Below are positions 36,333 to 46,016 of a DNA stretch of 64,000 bases, in pieces (the first letter of the stretch is position 1; each line of letters begins with the position of its first letter). Location: the IMG/VR virus record IMGVR_UViG_3300027970_000019, positions 7,713 to 71,712 of that record. One strand, given 5' to 3'. The position numbers and the translations under genes are program-made. The stretch comes from a virus. The notes under the pieces were generated by a model. The model was not told the DNA's origin. It ran no database searches and was given only the letters and a program-made list of their open reading frames with translations.

Positions 36333-36767
36333 ATGGCAATTACTTATTTTGCTTTAGGTATGCTCACGATGGTTGCTCTAACTTTTATTGGAGTTATTGT
36401 TTGGGGTCTGTTTAGAGTCAGTAAAATCCAACGTCAAATTGTTGACATAAAACAAAACTACAGATTTGAGTTTGACAATGTTCAACGACAATTTGAGGGC
36501 ATTTATCGCAGTTTTGATGACACCAGAAATGATTACAGACGTGAATTTGAATCCGTATTTCGTAGGTTTGAAACAATTGAAGAAAATTCAAGGTTAAACA
36601 CCAATGAACTTGTTAGAACAATGGATGAAAGGTTCAATAAAATGGAACAATACGAAATCAAAAGATTTGATGAACTATTGAGGATTATTAATGATAGGTA
36701 TGACGATTCAATTAGATATACAGACAAACGAATTGATAAGTCACTAAATCAAAAAGAAGTGTTATAA
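36333..36767 (+). CDS. TM plus coiled-coil protein
   Basis: ORF track. Confidence 0.6.
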   Translation: MAITYFALGMLTMVALTFIGVIVWGLFRVSKIQRQIVDIKQNYRFEFDNVQRQFEGIYRSFDDTRNDYRREFESVFRRFETIEENSRLNTNELVRTMDERFNKMEQYEIKRFDELLRIINDRYDDSIRYTDKRIDKSLNQKEVL

Positions 36768-36845
36768 CAAAAAACCCCTCCGATAAAGAGGGGTTTTTTA
36801 TTTTATGTAATATTTATTATGTAAATAAATAATCAAAAAAAAACA

Positions 36846-37394
36846 ATGAAGAAGATAGTAAGATTAACAGAAAGAGATTTAACTCGTTTAGTGAAAAGAG
36901 TTATAATAGAGAATGACGAAGAATGAGTGGGATTTGAAATATATGATGATTATGATAAAAAGATAGAAAGTTTAGTTGGTGTTGAAGTTGAGGTTAGTGA
37001 TGACAAAGGATATCCTGAAAAATGGGGTGGACCAAAAGGTGGTATTAATAAAGGTGATAGAGGTACAATAATTGCTATTGATAAGGTGTCAGATAGTTCC
37101 GGACGTTGTGGCGTTGCGGATGTGTTAGTTAAATTTGGAGATAAAGGAGAATATTGTTATAATCATAGAAATTTAAAAATTAATGCTAATTCTTTAAAAA
37201 CAATTCTAAATAAACACAAAGAAACTAACATAACAAATCAACAAGTGTTTGAAAAATATCTGGAAGACCTTTTGTTTCGTATTGGGAATAAATTTAGAAA
37301 TCCAAAATTAATTGAGAATCAATTATTTGAAAAACTAAATCAAACTATTACCAATTATGAAAATGAAATAAAGAAACAAATTGGGTTTTTCTAA
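36846..37394 (+). pseudogene. putative virion protein with in-frame TGA
   Basis: MKKIVRLTERDLTRLVKRVIIENDEE* in frame with ORF 36927; TGA 36924-36926. Confidence 0.65.
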
Positions 37395-37428
37395 ATAATA
37401 AAACCCCATCTTAATAGGTGGGGTTTAT

Positions 37429-38100
37429 TTATTTATTGATAATTCTGCCTTTTACCCACCCTTCGTTTAAAAAAGTAGATAAACCGTCTTTTTTAATTTT
37501 TTTATTTTGATTATCTTTTGTAATCCAAATTGTACCAAATTGTGAATTTGTTTCACCTAAACCTACATTTTTTTTTATCATAGACATTTTCTTTTTTGAC
37601 TCCTCTGAGTGTTTTTTGCCTGTCCAATCATAAGTGAAGTTTTTTAATTTCCCCTCAAGATGTCTTTTTTTTCCTGATTTGGACATTGTTTCTGAATGTT
37701 TTTTACGGAATTCTTCATCATTCTTTAATTTTTCTATGAAAATCTTTTTTCCAAGTTCAGAACCTTTACGTTGGAAATTTAAAAAATGTTTTTCATCAAT
37801 GAACCCACCTGACTCACCTCCAACTACCAAATTCATACACAAATTATCTAATAATAATTCTTTATTAACTATTTCTTTTTCTTTTTCCAATAAAATTTTT
37901 CTGCTTGAAAAAAATTCTAAAATTTCTTTAGTGTGGTTTTCTTGGCCGTGATAGTTTATGGAATTCCATAATCTTTTACCACTTCCAAAATAACGATCGT
38001 TTAAATTATCAGTAGAATGTATACCAATATAAAATCTATGGGTTTTTTTACAAGTTATTTTATAAAGATAGTGGTATTTTCTATTTTCTGCTCTCATCAT
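37429..38100 (-). CDS. GIY-YIG (Seg-like) homing endonuclease with NUMOD3
   Basis: YLYKITC...FYIGIHST...YFGSG; GKKHSEESKKKMS. Confidence 0.88.
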   Translation of the reverse strand: MMRAENRKYHYLYKITCKKTHRFYIGIHSTDNLNDRYFGSGKRLWNSINYHGQENHTKEILEFFSSRKILLEKEKEIVNKELLLDNLCMNLVVGGESGGFIDEKHFLNFQRKGSELGKKIFIEKLKNDEEFRKKHSETMSKSGKKRHLEGKLKNFTYDWTGKKHSEESKKKMSMIKKNVGLGETNSQFGTIWITKDNQNKKIKKDGLSTFLNEGWVKGRIINK

Positions 38101-38148
38101 ATATTCTTTTATTATATAAATATATGATAAGAACAAAAACTTCCGATG

Positions 38149-38527
38149 TGGAGATACGGGGAATCGAACCCCGGTGTCGCCCATCTTAACTATTAAGGAC
38201 TACATGTTTAGGACAACATTATTCGCAATGTTCCGAACTACTTGATTTTTATATCCCCCAAAATCAACAAAATCGGCCAATTCATTTTTAGGGATGAGAA
38301 TTAGTTAGACAACCCTATAGTACTCCTGTTCCTGAGTGAATGTACCCCGACTCGAAAGTAATGACCTATTAACTAGGCTACTACCGTTTCTTCTGAACGG
38401 ATTAAACCGACAGCAGAAAGTTTGTCAAAGATGTTGCCATCTGTGTTTTAAACCAGTTTAACAGACTTAGTTCAGGTCTGACATGCCCCTAATAACCAAC
38501 AATGTCGATCGATGCCAATTTATCCCC
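38149..38527 (-). ncRNA. ssrA: tmRNA
   Basis: GGGGATA/TATCTCC-A with G3:U70, T arm, gcatg/catgt; tag frame 38438-38373. Confidence 0.9.
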
Positions 38528-38610
38528 ATATTTTCAAATAACTATACTCAAGTATAAATATAATTATTGACAAAACCAATATTGGAAAGTATTTATAAAG
38601 AAAAATTTTT

Positions 38611-40053
38611 ATGACGCCAAAGAAACTGCGTAGGATATATGAACAGGATGATGATGAAAATAAATCACCTAAAGAAATTGCGGACGAAGGTATTGAGATA
38701 TTATTTGAAGATGACTCGGTATTGTTATTACAAATATTTAAAAGGGTTTCTATGGAATATTATGCCCCACAAGAAATCAGTAGACAATATCAACATAATG
38801 ACAAAAAAAATTATCTTGTTTTATCAAAAGGTGATAAGTTAGGTTTTTGGTTACAAGAACCAAGGTATGGCGCTTTTTATATTGAGGGATTTGATGGTAA
38901 AACTTATTTGTTTGATAAGGTTATTAATGAATATCCCCAAATAGCTAAAGAAATTATTGAGTTAACTGGAAGTGATAATACCACATATGGAATGTTAATG
39001 ATGATAAAATTTGGGAAAAAATATGATAGATATGATTTAAGAAATCTTACTGATAAGTTTTTATGGGATATTGAATATAATGAGAAAAACCCAAGCAAAA
39101 GTATGGTTGTTCTTAATTTTACTCACGATGAGTATTTCAACACATTTAGATTTGAAAATGATGAAGACCGAAATTATCTAGATATGGCATTAGGTGAAAG
39201 TTCTTATTATGATGGTATGTTTTTTAGCGAAGATCCTTATGAATGGAATGAAGGTTATATTATGATGGGTTTTAACGACACTAATATGGAATTGGTTAAA
39301 AAAATATTAAAATACACACATCCAGATTTATTAAGAAAAAATCAAGACTCAAATGAATTCTATGAGGAAGCTTCAAACTTTTTATATAAAACATTTTATT
39401 ATCCAATTGATAGTATTATTACAAATTATTTTGAACTCAAAAATGAAGGTGTAATAGAATCACTTAAAAAAGAAATTGTTGAAGATTTTACGGACATCTT
39501 CCAAAGATATGGAATATACAGGGAAGATGAAACCCCATTTAATAACTATCTTACCTCAGTCAATATTCTATTATCTTTATATGATAGAGTTGAGGATAAA
39601 ACAATCCCATTAGTTAGTACAAGTAAAGAAGATAAAACAGTTTTTAGGAAACTTGGAAAAACTTTTGGAGAATTTGGAAATTATTATGAAAGAATTTATG
39701 CTACCGACAATATGGATTACAATAAATTTAAAGAATATGCTAAAGATAAGTTGGAAGAAATTCTAGAAGAGATTGAAGAAAATCCTGAAAAATATATTAA
39801 CAATATTGGTAAAATTTATGATGAGTTGAGCAAATTAGGATATGACCTTAATAATGATTATCCCCTACCAACAGACAACTCAAAATCATTCAAAATTATA
39901 GATATTGATAAAGATACACTACGAATTACCTTATCTCATTTTGATAAAGGTACTACTGAAAAAAGGTCATATAGCATTGATGAATTTAAAAATTATATCT
40001 CAAGTGGAGAACTTTTTGAACGATTAGTTAGGAAATTAAAAAAACTTTTGTAA
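38611..40053 (+). CDS. acidic hypothetical protein
   Basis: 480 aa ORF, TATTTAT upstream. Confidence 0.65.
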   Translation: MTPKKLRRIYEQDDDENKSPKEIADEGIEILFEDDSVLLLQIFKRVSMEYYAPQEISRQYQHNDKKNYLVLSKGDKLGFWLQEPRYGAFYIEGFDGKTYLFDKVINEYPQIAKEIIELTGSDNTTYGMLMMIKFGKKYDRYDLRNLTDKFLWDIEYNEKNPSKSMVVLNFTHDEYFNTFRFENDEDRNYLDMALGESSYYDGMFFSEDPYEWNEGYIMMGFNDTNMELVKKILKYTHPDLLRKNQDSNEFYEEASNFLYKTFYYPIDSIITNYFELKNEGVIESLKKEIVEDFTDIFQRYGIYREDETPFNNYLTSVNILLSLYDRVEDKTIPLVSTSKEDKTVFRKLGKTFGEFGNYYERIYATDNMDYNKFKEYAKDKLEEILEEIEENPEKYINNIGKIYDELSKLGYDLNNDYPLPTDNSKSFKIIDIDKDTLRITLSHFDKGTTEKRSYSIDEFKNYISSGELFERLVRKLKKLL

Positions 40054-40062
40054 TTTTGTAAT

Positions 40063-40881
40063 ATGAAACAAGATTACGAATTACTAAAAAAGGTTTTGTC
40101 TGTACCTACCAAAACATACAAGGAGGATTTAATGATTGAATTTTTAACCAAGTGGTTGGTTGAAAATGACATCCCCCATTTTGTTGATGATATGGGAAAT
40201 ATCTATGCAACAAAACAAATAGGTGAAGTTGAATATTTCCCTTGTGTTGTCGCACATACGGACACGGTACACGAATTGGATACAATCAATATTAAAGAGA
40301 TGATGTTACCCAATGACCAAAATGAAATGAAATTGGCTTATAAGGCGTTTAATGATTCAAACCAACCAACTGGTATTGGTGGGGATGATAAATGTGGGGT
40401 ATATATTTGTTTGGAGATGTTGAGACTTCTTCCCAATGTCAAGGTTGCGTTATTTGTATCTGAGGAAACTGGTTGTCACGGATCAAAAAATGCCGATAAG
40501 AATTTCTTTTCCAATGTTGGTTATGTTATTCAATGTGATGCCCCAGGTAACTGGATGGTTAGTGAATATTGTATGGGTACAAAATTATTTGATAAGGAAT
40601 CTGAATTCTTTAAAAAATGTGACAAGGTATTAACAGAGGGATTTAACAACAGAAACAAATATCAATCCCACCCTTATACGGATGTATATGCGTTAAAGAA
40701 TAAATTTGATTTTGCTTGTATCAACTTTGCTGTTGGTTATTATAACTATCACACCAAACATGAGTATGTTATTGTTGAGGATGTTTATAACACATTGGAA
40801 ATTGTAAAGAATATGATTAGTGATTTGGGTTATAAGAAACACGAACAAAAAAATGATGAAAAAAGGAAAATCATTTTTTGA
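40063..40881 (+). CDS. M20/M28 family metallopeptidase
   Basis: AHTDTVH, GGDDKCG, SEETG, YTD, YHT. Confidence 0.88.
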   Translation: MKQDYELLKKVLSVPTKTYKEDLMIEFLTKWLVENDIPHFVDDMGNIYATKQIGEVEYFPCVVAHTDTVHELDTINIKEMMLPNDQNEMKLAYKAFNDSNQPTGIGGDDKCGVYICLEMLRLLPNVKVALFVSEETGCHGSKNADKNFFSNVGYVIQCDAPGNWMVSEYCMGTKLFDKESEFFKKCDKVLTEGFNNRNKYQSHPYTDVYALKNKFDFACINFAVGYYNYHTKHEYVIVEDVYNTLEIVKNMISDLGYKKHEQKNDEKRKIIF

Positions 40882-40906
40882 TGATATTTATTATTAAAAT
40901 TCAAAA

Positions 40907-41434
40907 ATGAAAAAAATAGTTTATTTAACAGAATCTGATTTATATAGAATCAGTAAAAGAATAATACAAGAAGAAAAAATTGAAATTGAGGAAGGTATTT
41001 TTGATGGAATTAGTAACATTTACCAAGGATTGAAAGGTGTTTGGAGGGGAGAGGGTTATGATTTTTTTAGGTATTTAAATACTTTAAAAAATATTGCTAA
41101 ACAATTAAAAAATTTAGACGCCCCTAATCATAAAATCATGAACAAATTAACTGATTTAAAAAATAAAGTATCTGCGTCAACTATGCCACAAGAAAAAAAA
41201 GGACAATTAATTTTTGAAATTGAAAAGGCGTTAAAAAATTTCAAAGAATACTCTGAACATATAAATAATATAGATGATATTGCGACTCAAAGATTAAAAG
41301 GTGTAAACACTTATTCTGAAACCTCAACTCGTGGATTAAACGAACCAAACCCCCTAAATACTACTCAAAATAAGCTACCTCAACCTATAGAACCTCCAAG
41401 TGATATATCAGAACGAAGATATAGAAGATATTAA
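40907..41434 (+). CDS. putative internal virion protein
   Basis: MKKIVYLTESDLYRISKRIIQE leader. Confidence 0.55.
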   Translation: MKKIVYLTESDLYRISKRIIQEEKIEIEEGIFDGISNIYQGLKGVWRGEGYDFFRYLNTLKNIAKQLKNLDAPNHKIMNKLTDLKNKVSASTMPQEKKGQLIFEIEKALKNFKEYSEHINNIDDIATQRLKGVNTYSETSTRGLNEPNPLNTTQNKLPQPIEPPSDISERRYRRY

Positions 41435-41443
41435 AAAAAGGGA

Positions 41444-42721
41444 CTATTCAGTCCCTTTTTTCTTTTTATTCTTCTTTGGTGTCATTAACACCACTTTTTC
41501 TTCTTCCACTGTAAGTTCATATTTCTCGTTCTCAACTATTTTCCCATTCAAGACTTCCTCAGATATGAAATCCTCAATTTGGTCTTGTATGGCTCGTTTT
41601 ATTGGCCTTGCACCATATGTTTCATCAAACCCAACTTTGGATATCAATTCCAATACTTTTTCATCACAAGTAATATTATATTTCAAACCATTTAATCTGT
41701 TTATCAATTTGTCAATTTCAAGTTTAACAATTTGTTTAACTTCTTCTTCTTTTAGGGTATTGAATACAATAACTTCATCTATTCGGTTTAAGAATTCTGG
41801 AGCAAAGAATTTCTTAAGTTCTTTTTTCAACATGTCCCTTTTTTGTTCTTCTTCAATATAAGAATTTGTTGTGGTTTTGAATCCAACTCCAGTTCCGAAT
41901 TCTTGGAATTTCTTAACCCCCAAATTTGATGTCATAATGATAATACAATTTTTAAAATTGATTTTTCTTCCTAAGCCATCGGTTAAATGACCTTCATCCA
42001 ATACTTGGAGTAAGGTTGAAAATACATCCTTATTTGCCTTTTCAATTTCATCAAATAGAATTACAGAATATGGTTTGTTTTTAACCAATTCGGTTAATTG
42101 TCCTCCCTCATCATAACCAACATAACCTGGAGGGGCCCCAATCAATCTAGATATTGAATGTTTTTCTTGGTATTCTGACATATCAACTCTGATTAGATTT
42201 TCTTCACTACCAAATATTTCTTTGGCTAATTGTTTGGCTAAATATGTATTGTGTGACAAAATACCGTTAGTATAATATCTCCTATTAGAATTTTCATTCA
42301 ATTCAAGATCATACATAATTTCCTTATAACCTAAATTAGTTATTTCTAACACCTCAGATTCAATTAAATTGCCGTTATTATCAGATACCATAACAAACGA
42401 ACCAATATTTAAATCTTTAACAAAGATTTCAGTTAAACCAATTGGTTCAAAAGTAATTTCATAATATTCGGTAACAAATACAATATGATTATCCGCACAT
42501 TTAAGTTCTTTACCATCAGATAATTTTAAATGATACACCTCATAAGGGATTGTTTCATGTAATGCCTCAATATCAATAAACCCATCATCAGTTAAAACTT
42601 CGTATTCGGTTATTTTAGTCGTTTTGGTTATCTTTTTTAATGACTCTAATTCATGTCTATCTAATAAAAAAACATTATCTGAGTTTTCAATTAAATTCCT
42701 TATTTCTTCTAATTTATTCAT
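41444..42721 (-). CDS. clpC: split-intein C fragment (42721-42248) fused to ClpC C-terminal part
   Basis: CADNH, YDL...NGILSHN|TYLAK, IRVDMSEY, PPGYVGY, LFDEIEKA, PEFLNR. Confidence 0.9.
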   Translation of the reverse strand: MNKLEEIRNLIENSDNVFLLDRHELESLKKITKTTKITEYEVLTDDGFIDIEALHETIPYEVYHLKLSDGKELKCADNHIVFVTEYYEITFEPIGLTEIFVKDLNIGSFVMVSDNNGNLIESEVLEITNLGYKEIMYDLELNENSNRRYYTNGILSHNTYLAKQLAKEIFGSEENLIRVDMSEYQEKHSISRLIGAPPGYVGYDEGGQLTELVKNKPYSVILFDEIEKANKDVFSTLLQVLDEGHLTDGLGRKINFKNCIIIMTSNLGVKKFQEFGTGVGFKTTTNSYIEEEQKRDMLKKELKKFFAPEFLNRIDEVIVFNTLKEEEVKQIVKLEIDKLINRLNGLKYNITCDEKVLELISKVGFDETYGARPIKRAIQDQIEDFISEEVLNGKIVENEKYELTVEEEKVVLMTPKKNKKKKGTE

Positions 42722-42722
42722 C

Positions 42723-43040
42723 TTATTTAGTTAAAAAATTTATACATTTATTTATAATTTCTTGTTTATTACCCCATCTATATTCTGAATCCCATATAAC
42801 TAATATTTCAAAACCTTGTTTATTTGCTTGAAATAATTTCTTTTCGTCTTTCTCCCACATTTCTTGTGCTGTAATGTTTTTTCTAAATGGGTTTGGATAA
42901 TCCGAAGCATTATATTTATTTGGGTTACCGTGATAATCATCCCCATTGTATTCAATAATTTTTTTATTTTTCAAATCGGTAAAATCATATAACCACACGC
43001 CACCATTTTCTTTTTCTATTTTATACTCTCCATTGTGTAT
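42723..43040 (-). pseudogene. remnant Vsr-like endonuclease between split ClpC halves
   Basis: YDF...IIEYNGDDYHGNP...VIWDSE; N-terminal part absent. Confidence 0.7.
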
Positions 43041-44346
43041 CGGTAATGATATTTTCTATTTTTATTGTTTTTATTTCACCAGTTATTTTATTTCTAACAA
43101 TTATTTCCGTATCTCCACTAATACACTTACCCACCCCAGTTGAACCTAAGAATATGAATGAACCAATTGGTTTATTGGGGTCTTTAATCCCCAATCTATT
43201 TCTTCTGATAGCTTTGGCGATTTTCATTACAGCGTCGGATTGACCAATAACTTTTGATGATAAATTATCACCCAATGTTGATAGTTTATTGGTTTCATCT
43301 GAATTCATTTTTGATATTGGTATTTTTGTCATATTGGACACAACCTCATATACTAGCTCAACGGAAATTTCTTTCTTTTCGTTTAACAAATCGGATTCAA
43401 ATTTTTTCTTTTCTTCATCTAGTTTATCCAATATTTTAGTTTCCTTATCTCTTAAATCAGCCGCCAATTCATAATTTTGACTTTTAACAACTTCAATCTT
43501 TTGTTGTTTGATATCTTGAGCTTTCTGTTTCAAATCTTCAATAATTTGTGGCATCTTAGTATCAACTTGACTTCTTGCACCAACTTCATCAATAATGTCA
43601 AAGGCTTTGTCAGGAAATTCTCTATCTGTGATATATCGTTCCGCCAAATCAACACAAAGTTTTAGGACTTCATCGCTATAAGTTACTTTATGATAATTTT
43701 CATATTTGTCTTTAGTGTTTGTTAAGATATTTAACGTTTCTTTTTTTGTTGAGGGGTCAACAATTACTTTTTGGAATCTTCTTTCTAATGCCCCATCTTT
43801 TTCAAAGTTCTTTCTATATTCATCTAGGGTTGTCGCACCAATACATTGGATTTCCCCTCTTGCTAATGCTGGTTTGAATATGTTGGAGGCATCTAATGAC
43901 CCTGATGAATTTCCAGCACCAACTATTTGGTGGATTTCATCAATGAATAGAATTATATTTGGAGCATTTTGAAGTTCATCAATAATGATTTTCATTCTTT
44001 CTTCAAATTGTCCTCTATATTTTGTTCCAGCGACAATGGATGTCATATCTAGGGACATAATTCTTTTGTCCATTAGATTTCTTGGACATTCTCCATTTAA
44101 TATTTTAAGGGCAAGACCCTCTACTATAGCCGTTTTACCGCAACCAGGTTCTCCGATGATAATTGGGTTATTCTTTTTTCTTCTTGAAAGAATTTGTGCA
44201 ATTCTAGTTATTTCTCTATCTCTACCTACCACCGGATCTAATTTTCCTTCTTCGGCAAGTTTGATTAAATCTTTTGCAAAGTTATTTAACACTGGTGTGT
44301 CCCCTTTGCCCTTGTTTGAGTAGTCTCCGTCTTTTGAATCTATCAT
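43021..44346 (-). CDS. clpC: ClpC N-terminal part ending in 34-aa intein N fragment (43125-43024)
   Basis: GEPGCGKT, FIDEIH, UVR M-domain, GSTGVGK|CISGDT. Confidence 0.9.
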   Translation of the reverse strand: MIDSKDGDYSNKGKGDTPVLNNFAKDLIKLAEEGKLDPVVGRDREITRIAQILSRRKKNNPIIIGEPGCGKTAIVEGLALKILNGECPRNLMDKRIMSLDMTSIVAGTKYRGQFEERMKIIIDELQNAPNIILFIDEIHQIVGAGNSSGSLDASNIFKPALARGEIQCIGATTLDEYRKNFEKDGALERRFQKVIVDPSTKKETLNILTNTKDKYENYHKVTYSDEVLKLCVDLAERYITDREFPDKAFDIIDEVGARSQVDTKMPQIIEDLKQKAQDIKQQKIEVVKSQNYELAADLRDKETKILDKLDEEKKKFESDLLNEKKEISVELVYEVVSNMTKIPISKMNSDETNKLSTLGDNLSSKVIGQSDAVMKIAKAIRRNRLGIKDPNKPIGSFIFLGSTGVGKCISGDTEIIVRNKITGEIKTIKIENIITDTQWRV

Positions 44347-44505
44347 AAGTTTTTTTATTCAATTATAGCCTTTTATTTTACATTTTCAACAATGATGACA
44401 AATTGTCATAGATTAAAAATATATTGCCCAATTATTTGTTTTTTGATTTTTTTGGTATATAATTAGTGTATTAGAGTATATAATAAACTTATTAAATAAT
44501 AATAT

Positions 44506-44931
44506 ATGTCAAACAAAGAATTTAGTAAAAGATTTGAAGAAATTTTAAAAGACTTATTTGGGGAAAAACCATTAGGTAGTTTTTTTGATAAAATTGATTT
44601 AACTGATAATGTCAGTAATTTTAAAAAAATTATGAAGACACCTAAAGATGGTATATTCACGTCAATTATTTTTTTTAACCCAGAATCAGATTTCAAAAAA
44701 TCAAATGAATATCCTCATCAAAAAGTGGTGAATGCCCTTCAAAAAGAACTTGATGAATGTATTAAAGAACAAGACTTTGAACGTGCGACAATCTTAAGGG
44801 ATGAGATTAAAAATCTAACCAAAAACAAATCAAAAGTAGCTGACCTCCAAAAAGAATTGGAAAAGGTAATCCAAGAACAAAACTTTGAACGAGCAATTGA
44901 AATCCGTGATGAACTAAAAAAAATTAACTAA
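44506..44931 (+). CDS. tandem UVR-domain protein
   Basis: Two I.EQ.FERA..(L/I)RDE motifs. Confidence 0.8.
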   Translation: MSNKEFSKRFEEILKDLFGEKPLGSFFDKIDLTDNVSNFKKIMKTPKDGIFTSIIFFNPESDFKKSNEYPHQKVVNALQKELDECIKEQDFERATILRDEIKNLTKNKSKVADLQKELEKVIQEQNFERAIEIRDELKKIN

Positions 44932-44973
44932 ACCTAACCCCCAACTCAATGGGGGTTTTTAAATATTAACACT

Positions 44974-45216
44974 ATGGGAATTTTAAGAGAAGAAATTAAT
45001 GGAACAAAAATTATTAATGAAATTCAGTCAAGTAATATAAGAAGAACTGAATTTGATACAGAATCAAAAGAGTTAGTTGTGGAATTTAACAACGGACTCA
45101 GATATTTGTACGAGAATGTTCCTCATCAACTATACACCCAATTTAGAATGTCCGAATCACAAGGAAAATTTTTCAATTCAAAAATTGCAAAATCATTTCA
45201 ATATAAACGATTGTGA
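44974..45216 (+). CDS. KTSC domain protein
   Basis: SSNI...L.VEF..G..Y.Y..VP...S.GKFFN..I. Confidence 0.88.
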   Translation: MGILREEINGTKIINEIQSSNIRRTEFDTESKELVVEFNNGLRYLYENVPHQLYTQFRMSESQGKFFNSKIAKSFQYKRL

Positions 45217-45233
45217 GAATATATTTATGTATT

Positions 45234-45977
45234 ATGGAATCATTAAAAAATGTAATATCTAGTTTTAATACACAAAAAACATTAAACCCAAAAATGTGGG
45301 TTGATGATGGCACAAAACTTAATCCATCGGTTAGAAGAAATCTTTTGGAAATCGCATATCAATTTATTGATTCATTTGGAATGGAAGTGGTTATTGACGA
45401 TATTATTATTACTGGATCAATAGCTAATTACAATTGGTCAAAATACTCTGATGTTGATTTACACATCACAGTTGATTACAGTCAATTCCCAAAAGAACTT
45501 AAAGATTTATATATGGAATTTTTTGATTTAAAAAAAATTGTTTTTAACCAAAAAAGAGAATTAAAAATGTTTGGGTATGATGTTGAACTTTATGTTGAAG
45601 GGGTTGATGCCGAGGGTATTAGTGGTGGTGTGTATTCGGTTATGAGAGATGAGTGGATTAAAAAACCATCAAAAGAAAATTTAAAAACTAGTAAAACTGA
45701 AATTATTAAAAACTCAAAAAGGTGGATGCGTTTAATTGACACTTTAATTAAAAACTTACAAGGTGAGAGTATTGATGAAATTAATAGTGGTGTGAAGGTA
45801 ATTAAAGACAAGTTAAAAAAATATCGTAAGAGTGGATTGGATAAATCAGGTGAGTTAGGGTTAGAAAATTTGGTGTTTAAAGTTTTGAGGAGAAATGGTT
45901 ATATTGAAAAATTATATAATGTACCAGTTAAAATGATTGATAAAAAACTTTCTTTAGATGAAAAAGAAAAGAATTGA
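45234..45977 (+). CDS. Pol-beta superfamily nucleotidyltransferase
   Basis: GSIANYNWSKYSDVDLH...DVELYV. Confidence 0.8.
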   Translation: MESLKNVISSFNTQKTLNPKMWVDDGTKLNPSVRRNLLEIAYQFIDSFGMEVVIDDIIITGSIANYNWSKYSDVDLHITVDYSQFPKELKDLYMEFFDLKKIVFNQKRELKMFGYDVELYVEGVDAEGISGGVYSVMRDEWIKKPSKENLKTSKTEIIKNSKRWMRLIDTLIKNLQGESIDEINSGVKVIKDKLKKYRKSGLDKSGELGLENLVFKVLRRNGYIEKLYNVPVKMIDKKLSLDEKEKN

Positions 45978-46016
45978 TTATTTCAATATATTTATATTAT
46001 AAAAACAAAAAAAATT

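Noticed and set aside
30561-36926. Genome-wide stop-codon reassignment
   Set aside because: TAG and TGA end many clear genes (MCP ends in TAG); only two isolated in-frame stops; no suppressor anticodon seen.
42723-43125. Programmed frameshift joining ClpC pieces into one cis intein
   Set aside because: Would need more than one recoding event; the layout matches the fractured terL with its own IntC start codon.
45234-45977. CCA-adding enzyme for the CCA-less tRNAs
   Set aside because: Only the generic GS..DxD motif is present; class II CCA motifs are absent.
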